Positions 9,825-18,782 of a stretch of 43,115 nucleotides of DNA are shown here, one piece after another (within the stretch, counting starts at the first letter, position 1; each line of letters opens with the position of its first letter). The notes beneath the pieces are model-generated. The model saw only the letters and a list, made by a program, of their open reading frames with translations, had not been told where the DNA came from and made no database searches. The position numbers were made by a program, and so were the translations under genes. The stretch comes from Fidelibacterota bacterium (GTDB lineage Bacteria; Fidelibacterota; Marinisomatia; Marinisomatales; UBA2128): assembly GCA_046861645.1 (NCBI GenBank), contig JBHHUM010000012.1, forward strand, positions 1 to 43,115, read 5' to 3'.

Positions 9825-10907
9825 ATGAAACATTTAATGAAAGGTAATGAAGCCCTGGCAGAAGCAGCTATCCGGGCTGGGTTGAAGGGGTACTTTGGTT
9901 ACCCGATCACACCCCAATCGGAATTACTAGAGTATCTGGCCATTAATCTCCCAGAACGAGGGGGCGTCATGGTACAGGCTGAAAGTGAAGTAGCTGCTAT
10001 CAATATGGTATATGGCGCTGCTGGTACGGGAGAGCGTGTTATGACCAGTACCAGTAGTCCGGGCTTTAGCCTGATGCAAGAAGGTATTTCGTATATCGCC
10101 TGTGCGGAATTACCCTGTCTATTGGTAAATGTAGTGCGCGGAGGCCCGGGTTTAGGTACCATACAACCGGCACAGAGCGACTATTTTCAGGCTGTTAAAG
10201 GTGGGGGGCATGGTGACTACAGGATGATCGTATTGGCGCCTAACAGTGTTCAGGAAATGGCTGATTTTGCCTATCTCGGATTTGACCTGGCCGACAAGTA
10301 CAGGATTCCGGTGACGGTTTTAGCTGATGGAGCCCTCGGGCAGATGATGGAAGCAGTCGAATTTCCTGAATATGATCCAGCAAAGAATCGGGTCGATCAC
10401 TCCTCGTGGACTACAGTAGGCCAACCCGATGGTCAGAAGCGACATATCATTACATCTTTGTTCCTCGATCCTGAGGTGATGGAGCAAGTCAATCTAAACT
10501 TACAGGCTAAATACGAGTCTATCCAGAAGCATGAGGTACGATTCGAGACGTTGCTGGTTGAAGATGCAGACTATCTTGTAGTTGCCTATGGCTTGTCCGC
10601 TCGTGTGGCGCACAGAGTTGTTGAACTGGCTCGTGAGGAAGGATTGAAAGTAGGGCTCTTACGTCCACAAACCCTGTTCCCATTTCCATCAGAGGCATTA
10701 AATAAGTTAGCAACTCAGATACAGGAAATACTGGTTGTGGAGATGAACGCGGGTCAAATGGTAGAAGATGTGAAATTAGCAGTAGCCGGGCAGGTACCAG
10801 TGGAATTCTATGGCAGGATGGGGGGCATGATTCCCGATTCTGAAGAGATACTTAATCACATTCGAAGCTTTTATTCAACTTCAAATTTAAGACGGGTAGC
10901 CGGATGA
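9825..10907 (+). CDS. vorB: 2-oxoacid:ferredoxin oxidoreductase alpha subunit (VorB-type)
   Basis: MKGNEALAE, GYPITPQSE, QAESEVAA, TSTSSPG, RGGPGLG, EMNAGQM; start ATG 9825 or TTG 9819. Confidence 0.88.
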   Translation: MKHLMKGNEALAEAAIRAGLKGYFGYPITPQSELLEYLAINLPERGGVMVQAESEVAAINMVYGAAGTGERVMTSTSSPGFSLMQEGISYIACAELPCLLVNVVRGGPGLGTIQPAQSDYFQAVKGGGHGDYRMIVLAPNSVQEMADFAYLGFDLADKYRIPVTVLADGALGQMMEAVEFPEYDPAKNRVDHSSWTTVGQPDGQKRHIITSLFLDPEVMEQVNLNLQAKYESIQKHEVRFETLLVEDADYLVVAYGLSARVAHRVVELAREEGLKVGLLRPQTLFPFPSEALNKLATQIQEILVVEMNAGQMVEDVKLAVAGQVPVEFYGRMGGMIPDSEEILNHIRSFYSTSNLRRVAG

Positions 10908-11701
10908 ATCAGAAAGTATCAGAAGGTATTCAGTGTGAGTTCCTTGATGAGTTGGATGTTGTCTGGGAACGTCCAGATACCCTTTTGGATGTACATATGC
11001 ACTACTGCCCAGGATGTGGACATTCAGTAGTGCATAGATTGCTCATGGAGATTGTTCTGGAGCTTGGGATACGTCAGCGCACGGTGGGGATTGCGCCGGT
11101 GGGTTGTGCAGTCTTGGCTTATGATTATATGGATATAGATATGCAGGAAGCGGCTCATGGCCGAGCTGCAGCCGTGGCTACCGGTATTAAACGTGTCCGC
11201 CCGGATTTGGTGGTTTTTACCTATCAGGGAGATGGTGATCTTGCTGCTATCGGTACGGCAGAAACCATTCATGCTATCAACCGGGGAGAGAAAATTGTTA
11301 TCATCTTCATCAACAATGGGATTTATGGGATGACGGGTGGTCAAATGGCGCCCACCACTCTTCCAGGTGTGGCGACTTCCACCACTCCGGATGGTCGAGA
11401 TGTAAAGATACATGGATATCCGTTAAGAATTGCTGATATGGTGGCTCTGTTGTCTGGAGCCCGGTATGTCACTCGCCAGTCCGTCACTTCAGCAAAAGGT
11501 GTCCGCAAGTTGAAAAAAGCTCTTTTGCAGGCCTTTCAGGATCAATTAAATGATCGGGATGGAACCAGTTTTATTGAAGTGGTTTCTAACTGTCCCTCCG
11601 GCTGGAAAATGACCCCAGTGGAGTCTAATCGCTGGTTGGAAGATTCAGTACTGAAATACTATCCTCTGGGAGATCTGAAGATACCTCCAAAGGATCAATG
11701 A
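10904..11701 (+). CDS. 2-oxoacid:ferredoxin oxidoreductase beta subunit (TPP-binding)
   Basis: YCPGCGH, HGRA, GDGD...NN TPP motif, YGMTGGQ. Confidence 0.92.
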   Translation: MNQKVSEGIQCEFLDELDVVWERPDTLLDVHMHYCPGCGHSVVHRLLMEIVLELGIRQRTVGIAPVGCAVLAYDYMDIDMQEAAHGRAAAVATGIKRVRPDLVVFTYQGDGDLAAIGTAETIHAINRGEKIVIIFINNGIYGMTGGQMAPTTLPGVATSTTPDGRDVKIHGYPLRIADMVALLSGARYVTRQSVTSAKGVRKLKKALLQAFQDQLNDRDGTSFIEVVSNCPSGWKMTPVESNRWLEDSVLKYYPLGDLKIPPKDQ

Positions 11702-11702
11702 G

Positions 11703-12260
11703 ATGAAACATGAGATAAAAGTAGCCGGTTTCGGAGGACAGGGAGTTCTCTCCCTGGGAATGACATTGGCTTATGCAGGAATGGTGGAAGGTAAAGAGGT
11801 TGTGTGGATGCCAAGTTATGGTCCGGAGATGCGTGGTGGTACAGCCAATTGCACGGTTATCCTTTCCGATGAAAGGATCAGTTCACCCATCATCAACCGG
11901 TTCGATTCCGCTATTATATTAAATCAGCCGTCCATGGATAAGTTTGAAAATGCAGTAAAACCTGGGGGGCACCTGCTCTATGAAAGCAATAATGTCGTCA
12001 ATTTTCCCACCCGAAAGGATGTTACCATTACCGATATCCCAGCGGCTTTGGAAGCCATTAAGCTCAAGAACGAAAAAACAATGAATATGATAATTTTAGG
12101 TGCGTTTTTAGAGTTACAATCTATCCTGAATAGTGATTCCATTCTGAAAGCCCTCCGAAAAGTTCTTCCAGAAAAGCGGCATTACCTGATCCCCATCAAC
12201 GAGCAAGCCATTAAGCGAGGCAGAGAACTTGTAAAGCAGTATGTCACCAGCCAGGAGTAA
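11703..12260 (+). CDS. 2-oxoacid:ferredoxin oxidoreductase gamma subunit
   Basis: AGFGGQG, PSYGPEMRGG, NMIILGA. Confidence 0.92.
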   Translation: MKHEIKVAGFGGQGVLSLGMTLAYAGMVEGKEVVWMPSYGPEMRGGTANCTVILSDERISSPIINRFDSAIILNQPSMDKFENAVKPGGHLLYESNNVVNFPTRKDVTITDIPAALEAIKLKNEKTMNMIILGAFLELQSILNSDSILKALRKVLPEKRHYLIPINEQAIKRGRELVKQYVTSQE

Positions 12261-12263
12261 GCC

Positions 12264-12521
12264 ATGACCAATATAAATATTACCAATTTCTCTTCTGCAG
12301 AGGAAATTCTTCAGTATGCCATCAGTGAGGAGCAGGATGCCTACAATTTCTATATGAAGGTGTCTAAGCAGATATCTGATCCAGACCTGAAACGATTTCT
12401 TGTTGATTTGGCAAGGTTTGAACAGGAGCACTACGAGATACTGAAAAGGAAACTGGATGAGTGTCGTGCCAATGAGTTCTGCCTGGGAGGAATCCAGTCT
12501 TCTTTCGAACCTCAAGAGTAA
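12264..12521 (+). CDS. Small rubrerythrin/ferritin-like protein
   Basis: AISEEQDAYNFY ... LARFEQEH half-ferritin diiron pattern. Confidence 0.8.
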   Translation: MTNINITNFSSAEEILQYAISEEQDAYNFYMKVSKQISDPDLKRFLVDLARFEQEHYEILKRKLDECRANEFCLGGIQSSFEPQE

Positions 12522-12559
12522 ACCCTCGGCTGCAGTGGAGTGTAGATCTTATACTATCT

Positions 12560-13132
12560 TTATTGAAGCATAAGAGTATCAGAAATTTTGATATTTGCTC
12601 CGGCGTTAGCCATATCATTTAGGGCTCTCATATCATCTCCAAGATGGAGGTTTACCCCCTGAATACCATCTTTGCATACAGTTACTTCGAGACGAGCTTT
12701 CAAACCATCTAACACAGTGGCTTTTACACAATAATCTGTTGCCAAGCCACAGACAACGATCTCATCTACCGATATGTTTTGAAGTTGCTGCAAAAGGGAA
12801 GTGTTCTCGAAGCCAGAGTAGGCATCTTTCACAAGTGATGTCCCCTTGTTAATAGTCACAGCGGTTTGCGGTAACTGAAGCTCTGGGTGAAATAAAGCTC
12901 CCTCTGTTCCCTGGATACAATGAGGTGGCCAAGGTCCACCTTGTGACTGGAAGCTGCAGTGATCTGGGGGATGCCAATCGCGAGTGGCGAAAATGGGCAG
13001 TTTTAGTGCTGTAAAGCGCTTAATAAGATTGTTGACGACTGGGATAATATGGTCTCCGTGAGTCACAGCCAGAGCGCCACCCGGACAGAAATCATTCTGC
13101 ACGTCAACAATTACCAGGGCCTTTTTGTTCAT
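12560..13132 (-). CDS. pncA: Nicotinamidase/pyrazinamidase
   Basis: VDVQNDFCPGGAL, DWHP, WPPHC, YSGF, GLATDYCV. Confidence 0.95.
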   Translation of the reverse strand: MNKKALVIVDVQNDFCPGGALAVTHGDHIIPVVNNLIKRFTALKLPIFATRDWHPPDHCSFQSQGGPWPPHCIQGTEGALFHPELQLPQTAVTINKGTSLVKDAYSGFENTSLLQQLQNISVDEIVVCGLATDYCVKATVLDGLKARLEVTVCKDGIQGVNLHLGDDMRALNDMANAGANIKISDTLMLQ

Positions 13133-13141
13133 TTGAATCTC

Positions 13142-14365
13142 CTACATCTTGATTTTCTGGAGTCGCTCGTTGGGCAGATATTGCCGGCCTACTTTAGCAC
13201 AGGGAGTTCCTTCTACCATAACCACATCAGCAGTGAAATCGTAACTTCCCGCCATGAGTGCAGACCCCACCCCATAGGCGTCAGCAGGTACTCCTTCTTC
13301 TTCAAACTGCGTGATCCTTTTAGCGTCAAAGCCACCGGATACGACGATTTTCACATGTTGAAACCCCTCTTTATCCAAGGCTCTGCGGACATTCCAGACG
13401 AGTTGTGAGTTAACACCTGTAGGTGGATTCATGCCCATCTGGGGAATGACTGATTTATCCACGATAGTGCTAGAGGTATCCAGGCGGACTCCCCAGAGGC
13501 GCGCACCGAGCTCCTTAGCAACAGACAGGGACGTTTTTACCGAGTCGTTATCAAAGTCTACCAAGGCGATGAGGTTGGTATCTGGGAAGTTTTCATTAAA
13601 TAACTGAGCAGCTTTTACGGTATTACGATGGCAAACGGCAATTAAAGCATGGGGAATAGTCCCGGCGCCAGAAGCGCCCCACCATTCCCCCTGGGCGTCG
13701 GTGGAAACGGCGGTGGCACCGCCGATATTGGCAGCATAGCCATCTCCGCCCTGAACTGACCAATGGTCGAATCTTGCCGGAAAGTAAAGGATCGGTTTTC
13801 CTCTTGCTGCCTCCACAACTTGCCTGACATTTGTTGCGATTCGTGTCCGCCGCCCGAGAACACCCAGATAGATTGTCTCTAAGTGTACGAACTGGTAAAG
13901 AGGACCTTCAATAGTCATGACAGTCTCCCAGGGATTCAGGGTGTCGCCATCGTGGAGCGTGTGAATCGTTAGTTCATCGTGGGTGTCTTCCCACAACTCA
14001 TCCAGGGCGTGTTCGAGGTCGAGTTTCTCCTTTTGAGCCTGCAGCATGTTCTTCCTGTCGTTGAAATAGAGGGAACGGATTTTCTTTTTGAGTGCAATGT
14101 ACTGGTCGAACAGCTTATATGCTTTGTCCTTCTCCTTATAATAGCCAGTACCCAGTTTGAGTATGGCAAGTGATTCGTCGATGCCACACAAGATGGCGTC
14201 TCTCTTCTGAAAGACCTGCATGAGCACAGAGGTCTTTAGGTCTGCATTCTCTAAAGCTACTTTACTCCGCCAGAAATAGACATCGCTGCGGTAGCCCCGG
14301 CGGATTTCATGGACAGGGATGTCGAAAGTCTCTGGTGGCAGGAGTTTGCGGTTGTCAGGTGCCAT
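13142..14365 (-). CDS. pncB: Nicotinate phosphoribosyltransferase (type II PRTase)
   Basis: SDVYF, GTIPHA, LVDFDND, GVRLDT, SGGF, YGVGS; adjacent to pncA. Confidence 0.82.
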   Translation of the reverse strand: MAPDNRKLLPPETFDIPVHEIRRGYRSDVYFWRSKVALENADLKTSVLMQVFQKRDAILCGIDESLAILKLGTGYYKEKDKAYKLFDQYIALKKKIRSLYFNDRKNMLQAQKEKLDLEHALDELWEDTHDELTIHTLHDGDTLNPWETVMTIEGPLYQFVHLETIYLGVLGRRTRIATNVRQVVEAARGKPILYFPARFDHWSVQGGDGYAANIGGATAVSTDAQGEWWGASGAGTIPHALIAVCHRNTVKAAQLFNENFPDTNLIALVDFDNDSVKTSLSVAKELGARLWGVRLDTSSTIVDKSVIPQMGMNPPTGVNSQLVWNVRRALDKEGFQHVKIVVSGGFDAKRITQFEEEGVPADAYGVGSALMAGSYDFTADVVMVEGTPCAKVGRQYLPNERLQKIKM

Positions 14366-14436
14366 CTTTCCTTACCATACTAAATCTACGGAATGATGGT
14401 GGAACTTCTCAACCCCCAGTTGCTGATCTTTAATAC

Positions 14437-15162
14437 TTACAGAATAAATCCTAAAGGACGTTTTATTCCAAAAGCCAGATAGAGCGAGCGGACGTTTGGG
14501 ATATCCTTACTTTGATAAAACTCTTCCTCATAACCCACCGTCAGCAGGAATTCCTTCAGCAGAGGAATGTTCAATTCAGCTGAAAGTTCGTATCGTGTCT
14601 GATTAGCCTCTTCCGGTAAAATGTCACTGACTTGCTTGAAGTACTCAAAGTCCAGGGCAAGAGAACTGCGGCCTATATCAACGTCCCAAAAGAGGCCACC
14701 CTTGAGGTAGGATGTCTTACGGGTATCATTGAGATAATCCGACATGTCGTAGGAGAGGGCTATTTCTGCAGTAAGGTGAGTAGTTGCCTTCTCGAAAATA
14801 AAGCCTCCAAACCCTTGGTTGTAGTGGTAGCGAATTTTAAGATTACTGATACTGTTGTGCCGGAGAGACATGATAGTGAAGCGGTAGAGGCGCGGGACAG
14901 AGGTGAACTTCTGGCTCGATTTGTAACGGGCTGTGGCAATGGTGGCATCTTGAAGGAATAATCCTAACAGTCGCAGATCGTGAAACGTGTTTCCGTGGAT
15001 TCTTTTAATACGGTAGAACCCCATGGCTCCTGATGACGATTCTTCTTGAGCGGCGCCGATGCGGAGGTAGTGAGTCCATGAGGGAGATTGATCAGGCAAG
15101 TTGTGTGCGTTAAGGAAGCCGGCAGTGAGAAGAAACAGTAAAAGGGTGCTGCGAAGCGTCAT
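14437..15162 (-). CDS. Hypothetical secreted protein, probable outer-membrane beta-barrel (DUF481-like)
   Basis: Signal peptide, alternating amphipathic strands, aromatic-rich. Confidence 0.55.
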   Translation of the reverse strand: MTLRSTLLLFLLTAGFLNAHNLPDQSPSWTHYLRIGAAQEESSSGAMGFYRIKRIHGNTFHDLRLLGLFLQDATIATARYKSSQKFTSVPRLYRFTIMSLRHNSISNLKIRYHYNQGFGGFIFEKATTHLTAEIALSYDMSDYLNDTRKTSYLKGGLFWDVDIGRSSLALDFEYFKQVSDILPEEANQTRYELSAELNIPLLKEFLLTVGYEEEFYQSKDIPNVRSLYLAFGIKRPLGFIL

Positions 15163-15947
15163 TGGCGAACCCGGTAACCCCGGTGGAATAGATACGTCCC
15201 TGCCGCTGTAAACAGAGTAGTCATGAGCGTGGCGGCGAAGAGGGAAAGTCCAATAGATGAATCTGCCGCTCCCTCGCCGAGTGTTGAGTAGCGTAGTCCG
15301 TTAATAACATAGTAGATGGGATTGGCCATGGAGAGGGTACGCCAGAGTCCGGGCAGCATATTGATGGAGTAGAAGACACCGCCCAGGAAAATCAGCGGAG
15401 TGATGAAGAAGTTTACCATAGTGGCAATGTTATCCCAGCTTTCAGCTATGATTCCAATAAGCAGTCCAACACTTGAGAAACTCCACGATACCAGCAACAG
15501 GAACAACAGAACGTAGAGTGGATGTTCAACTGGCATCCCTGTAAGGACCATGCCGACGAAAAGTACCATAATACCGTTGATGAAGCCCCTGACAGCTCCT
15601 CCGATGATAAATGATAAAGCCAGCTCGAGATTGCTCAAAGGGGTGATGAGCATGTCCTGCAGTTGTCCCAAAAGTTTCATCTGAAGGATGCTGGAAGCAG
15701 TATTGTTGTAGGCGTTAGTGATGACGTTCATCATGACCAGGCCGGGGATGATGTAAATGGAGTATGGTACATCGTTGATTGCAGAAATCCGTCGCTGCAG
15801 GGTGAAACCGAAGATAATGATATAAAGGGACGAGGAGATCACTCCCGGGAAAACTGTCTGCCTGTAAACCGTGAGGAAGCGGGTGATTTCTCTTGACACC
15901 AGTGTACGGAAGCCGACCCAGTTCATGTGTTGTACGATAGTTGTCAC
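15159..15947 (-). CDS. ABC-2 type transporter permease (YadH-like)
   Basis: REITRF, YIIPGLVMM, PLIFLGGVFYSI, NPIYYVINGLRY. Confidence 0.92.
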   Translation of the reverse strand: MTTIVQHMNWVGFRTLVSREITRFLTVYRQTVFPGVISSSLYIIIFGFTLQRRISAINDVPYSIYIIPGLVMMNVITNAYNNTASSILQMKLLGQLQDMLITPLSNLELALSFIIGGAVRGFINGIMVLFVGMVLTGMPVEHPLYVLLFLLLVSWSFSSVGLLIGIIAESWDNIATMVNFFITPLIFLGGVFYSINMLPGLWRTLSMANPIYYVINGLRYSTLGEGAADSSIGLSLFAATLMTTLFTAAGTYLFHRGYRVRQ

Positions 15948-15960
15948 TGTTTCTTGGCTG

Positions 15961-16002
15961 ATCTACCAGCTACCTCTCATCAGTTACCTCTCACCATTCA
16001 CC
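15961..16002. repeat. Six degenerate tandem heptamers
   Basis: ATCTACC AGCTACC TCTCATC AGTTACC TCTCACC ATTCACC spanning the ABC ATPase stop and the intergenic gap. Confidence 0.7.
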
Positions 16003-16965
16003 ACCCGTCTTCACTTCATTGCGAAGGGCAGGCTCATTTATCGTTTTCCCTGTCAGTTCGATGAAAACATCCTCCAGGCTTGATTTGGTGACCCTTACTT
16101 CATGGATGTGGCATCCATTTGAAGATAGAGTGTCAACAATCCGGGTCAGTTCCTTCTCTGGATTCTCAACAGTAAAGATAACTCTCCCGCCATCAACAGA
16201 CGGCTCGTAAGCAAATGTAAGATCACTCAGATGTTCTTCCATAGATGCTTCCCATCCTGAAACTTGGACCTCTACACACCCCTTACCCAGGGAATGGATG
16301 AGTTCCTCGGGTGTTCCTTCCGAAACAATTTTGCCTTCATCAATGATAGACACCTTCTCGCAAAGCTGTTCGGCTTCTTCAATATAGTGGGTAGTGAGAA
16401 GGATGGTCTTGCCATTGCGGTGCAGTTCCCGGAGGTAATCCCACAACATTCTGCGTAGCTCTACATCTACACCGGCAGTAGGCTCATCAAGAATAAGGAT
16501 CTCCGGATTGTTCACCAGTGATTTGGCAATTTGAAATCTCCTTTTCATCCCTCCTGACAGTTGTCTGATTTTGGAATCCCGTTTTGCTGTCAGACCGAAC
16601 TGCTCTAAAAGCCGTTCAACGGTAGATGCTGCCTCTTTCTGCGTAATTCCATAGTATCCGGCTTGGAAATAGAGGAGTTTTTCGATGGAGAAAAACCAAT
16701 CGCTGGTAAAGTCTTGAGGAGAGACGCCAATCATGGAGCGTGTGTATCGATAGTCCCGAACGATGTCCTTTCCGAAGACCGAAACCGTTCCGCTTTCGTG
16801 TTTGACCAGTCCAGTGATAATGCCAATAGTTGTTGTCTTCCCAGCGCCGTTGGGCCCCAGCAGCCCGTAGAATTCCCCGGGCTTAATGGTAAGATTAATC
16901 CCGCGTAAAGCTTGGACCTTCTCGTAGGATTTGGTGAGATTACGGACTTCTATGGCTGGCGTCAT
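15991..16965 (-). CDS. ABC transporter ATP-binding protein (YadG-like)
   Basis: GPNGAGKTT, LSGGMKRR, ILILDEPT, TTHY. Confidence 0.95.
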   Translation of the reverse strand: MTPAIEVRNLTKSYEKVQALRGINLTIKPGEFYGLLGPNGAGKTTTIGIITGLVKHESGTVSVFGKDIVRDYRYTRSMIGVSPQDFTSDWFFSIEKLLYFQAGYYGITQKEAASTVERLLEQFGLTAKRDSKIRQLSGGMKRRFQIAKSLVNNPEILILDEPTAGVDVELRRMLWDYLRELHRNGKTILLTTHYIEEAEQLCEKVSIIDEGKIVSEGTPEELIHSLGKGCVEVQVSGWEASMEEHLSDLTFAYEPSVDGGRVIFTVENPEKELTRIVDTLSSNGCHIHEVRVTKSSLEDVFIELTGKTINEPALRNEVKTGGEW

Positions 16966-17150
16966 AACGTTTAATTTATGCTTTATTCATGGGGATAGCA
17001 GTTACAATTTAAAAACAACATCAAGAATCCAGCTTCAATCCTGGAGTTTCACATTGCATAAAGTTTGTTGTTGTGCTACATTAAAAAATGAAACTTAATC
17101 ACATTAAAATGTCTCAAAGTGGTGAGATACTATGATTGTAGAGGAAACTC

Positions 17151-17753
17151 GTGATTAAGAGAGCGCTTACTACCCGTCTGCCAACCAGATTCGGTAAGTT
17201 TACACTTTACGCTTATGAGAACAAAGAAAACGATGTGGTGCATCTTGCGTTAGTTAAGGGAGATGTTCATAAGTCTAAGTCTGTTCTGGTCAGAATTCAT
17301 TCAGAGTGTTTGACCGGTGATGTATTTGGCTCTATGCGATGTGACTGTGGTGAACAGCTCGAGGTAGCCTTAAGTGCTATTCAAAAGGAGCATAACGGGA
17401 TTTTAATCTACCTTCGTCAGGAGGGAAGAGGTATTGGGCTGAATAATAAGCTACGAGCCTACCAATTACAAGATGAGGGTCTGGATACGGTGGAAGCTAA
17501 TCTAAAGTTAGGTTTTAATCCTGACCATCGTGTCTATGATGCGGCTGTTACCATCATAGAAGATCTGCAGGTTTCCTCTATCCGGTTGTTGACCAATAAT
17601 CCCAAAAAGTTAGCGGATTTTGATGGGTCTGGAATTCAGCTTGTAGGGAGAGTTCCACTACAGACAAAGCCGAATCACGAAAACTTGAAATACCTGAGGA
17701 CTAAGAGAGATCGCTTGGGCCATATTCTGGATATAACCGATCTGATCACCTAG
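17151..17753 (+). CDS. ribA: GTP cyclohydrolase II
   Basis: RIHSECLTGDVFGSMRCDCG Zn motif, QEGRGIGL, AYQLQD, LLTNNP. Confidence 0.93.
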   Translation: MIKRALTTRLPTRFGKFTLYAYENKENDVVHLALVKGDVHKSKSVLVRIHSECLTGDVFGSMRCDCGEQLEVALSAIQKEHNGILIYLRQEGRGIGLNNKLRAYQLQDEGLDTVEANLKLGFNPDHRVYDAAVTIIEDLQVSSIRLLTNNPKKLADFDGSGIQLVGRVPLQTKPNHENLKYLRTKRDRLGHILDITDLIT

Positions 17754-17777
17754 TCCTGCTAAAAAGGGAGGTGGTCT

Positions 17778-18782
17778 GTGTCAGGCTTCAGTAGATTGTC
17801 GTCTAATATTACAAACAGTTGCTGGGATTCATTACTGAAGCTCGCCCAATGTGTAAAACAGTTTGAGGAAACAGTTCAATTCTGTTCGATCAGTTTTGGC
17901 ACCTCTGGGTCAGTGCAAATTAATAGTTTTCCTCAGTCAAATGCTGATAATCATGATGTTCTATTTTTATTGAATTCCGATTTCATTGACATTCCTGAGG
18001 GCTATGCTTGCTATCGTTTACAAGGATTAAGCAGTATTGTAGAAGTCGTACCAGGTCCCCTTTCGCAACCTATCCGCAGATTCCTGACAACCTATGCCCC
18101 TTATTGCTTTTTGTCCCTCTTGGCCAGACGCTGGCAGCGGTGCGTTACAGTCAGCCACTCTGCTCAATCTTTAGATGGTCGTATTGCGACTGAATCTGGT
18201 GATTCAAAATGGATTGGGAATAAGTCCAATCTTGAGCATGCCCACCGAATGCGTGCCCTCTGTGATGGTGTATTAATTGGTAGGGGGACCCTTAATCGGG
18301 ATAAACCTCAATTAACAGTTCGCCATGTTAAAGGACCTAACCCTGTCAGAATTGTGTTGGGATCGAATATTAACAATATCGATTCCCTTCTCGGAGCAAG
18401 TACAGAGCAAATTCTTATCCTGGGGAGTCATTCATTGAACCAGAATCATCAAATTAGAGTGATGTCTTTTGAACGGACCGATGGGCACATCGCCACGAGC
18501 ACAATTCTTAAGCGACTCTATGAAGAAGGAATATTTTCCGTTTATGTTGAGGGTGGGGCGGAAACAAGCTCTCACTTCCTGCAGGAAAACACAGTCGATG
18601 TTTTACAATTACACGTTGCCCCCAGGATTCTTGGGTCTGGAATAAATACTTTTTCATTGCCACCTATTCACTCTGTTGGGGAAGCTATTCGCTTTGTTCG
18701 GCATACACTGGTAACTTCCGGTGATGGGATCATGTTTATTGGTGATGTAGACCATTCACGAAGCAAAGGGATTGATGCGTAA
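17778..18782 (+). CDS. RibD C-terminal (pyrimidine reductase) domain protein with unrecognised N-terminal domain
   Basis: AQSLDGRIA, SKWI, HRMR, GRGT..D.P.LTVR, VEGG; no HAE/PCxxC deaminase motif. Confidence 0.85.
   Translation: MSGFSRLSSNITNSCWDSLLKLAQCVKQFEETVQFCSISFGTSGSVQINSFPQSNADNHDVLFLLNSDFIDIPEGYACYRLQGLSSIVEVVPGPLSQPIRRFLTTYAPYCFLSLLARRWQRCVTVSHSAQSLDGRIATESGDSKWIGNKSNLEHAHRMRALCDGVLIGRGTLNRDKPQLTVRHVKGPNPVRIVLGSNINNIDSLLGASTEQILILGSHSLNQNHQIRVMSFERTDGHIATSTILKRLYEEGIFSVYVEGGAETSSHFLQENTVDVLQLHVAPRILGSGINTFSLPPIHSVGEAIRFVRHTLVTSGDGIMFIGDVDHSRSKGIDA

Noticed and set aside
17079..17112. ACATTAAAA direct repeat upstream of ribA as an operator
   Set aside because: Short, low-complexity match in AT-rich DNA with no regulator gene nearby; cannot be supported.
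16966..18782. Ordinary riboflavin operon with FMN riboswitch
   Set aside because: No deaminase domain, no ribB/ribE/ribH, and the AT-rich upstream region shows no RFN motifs.
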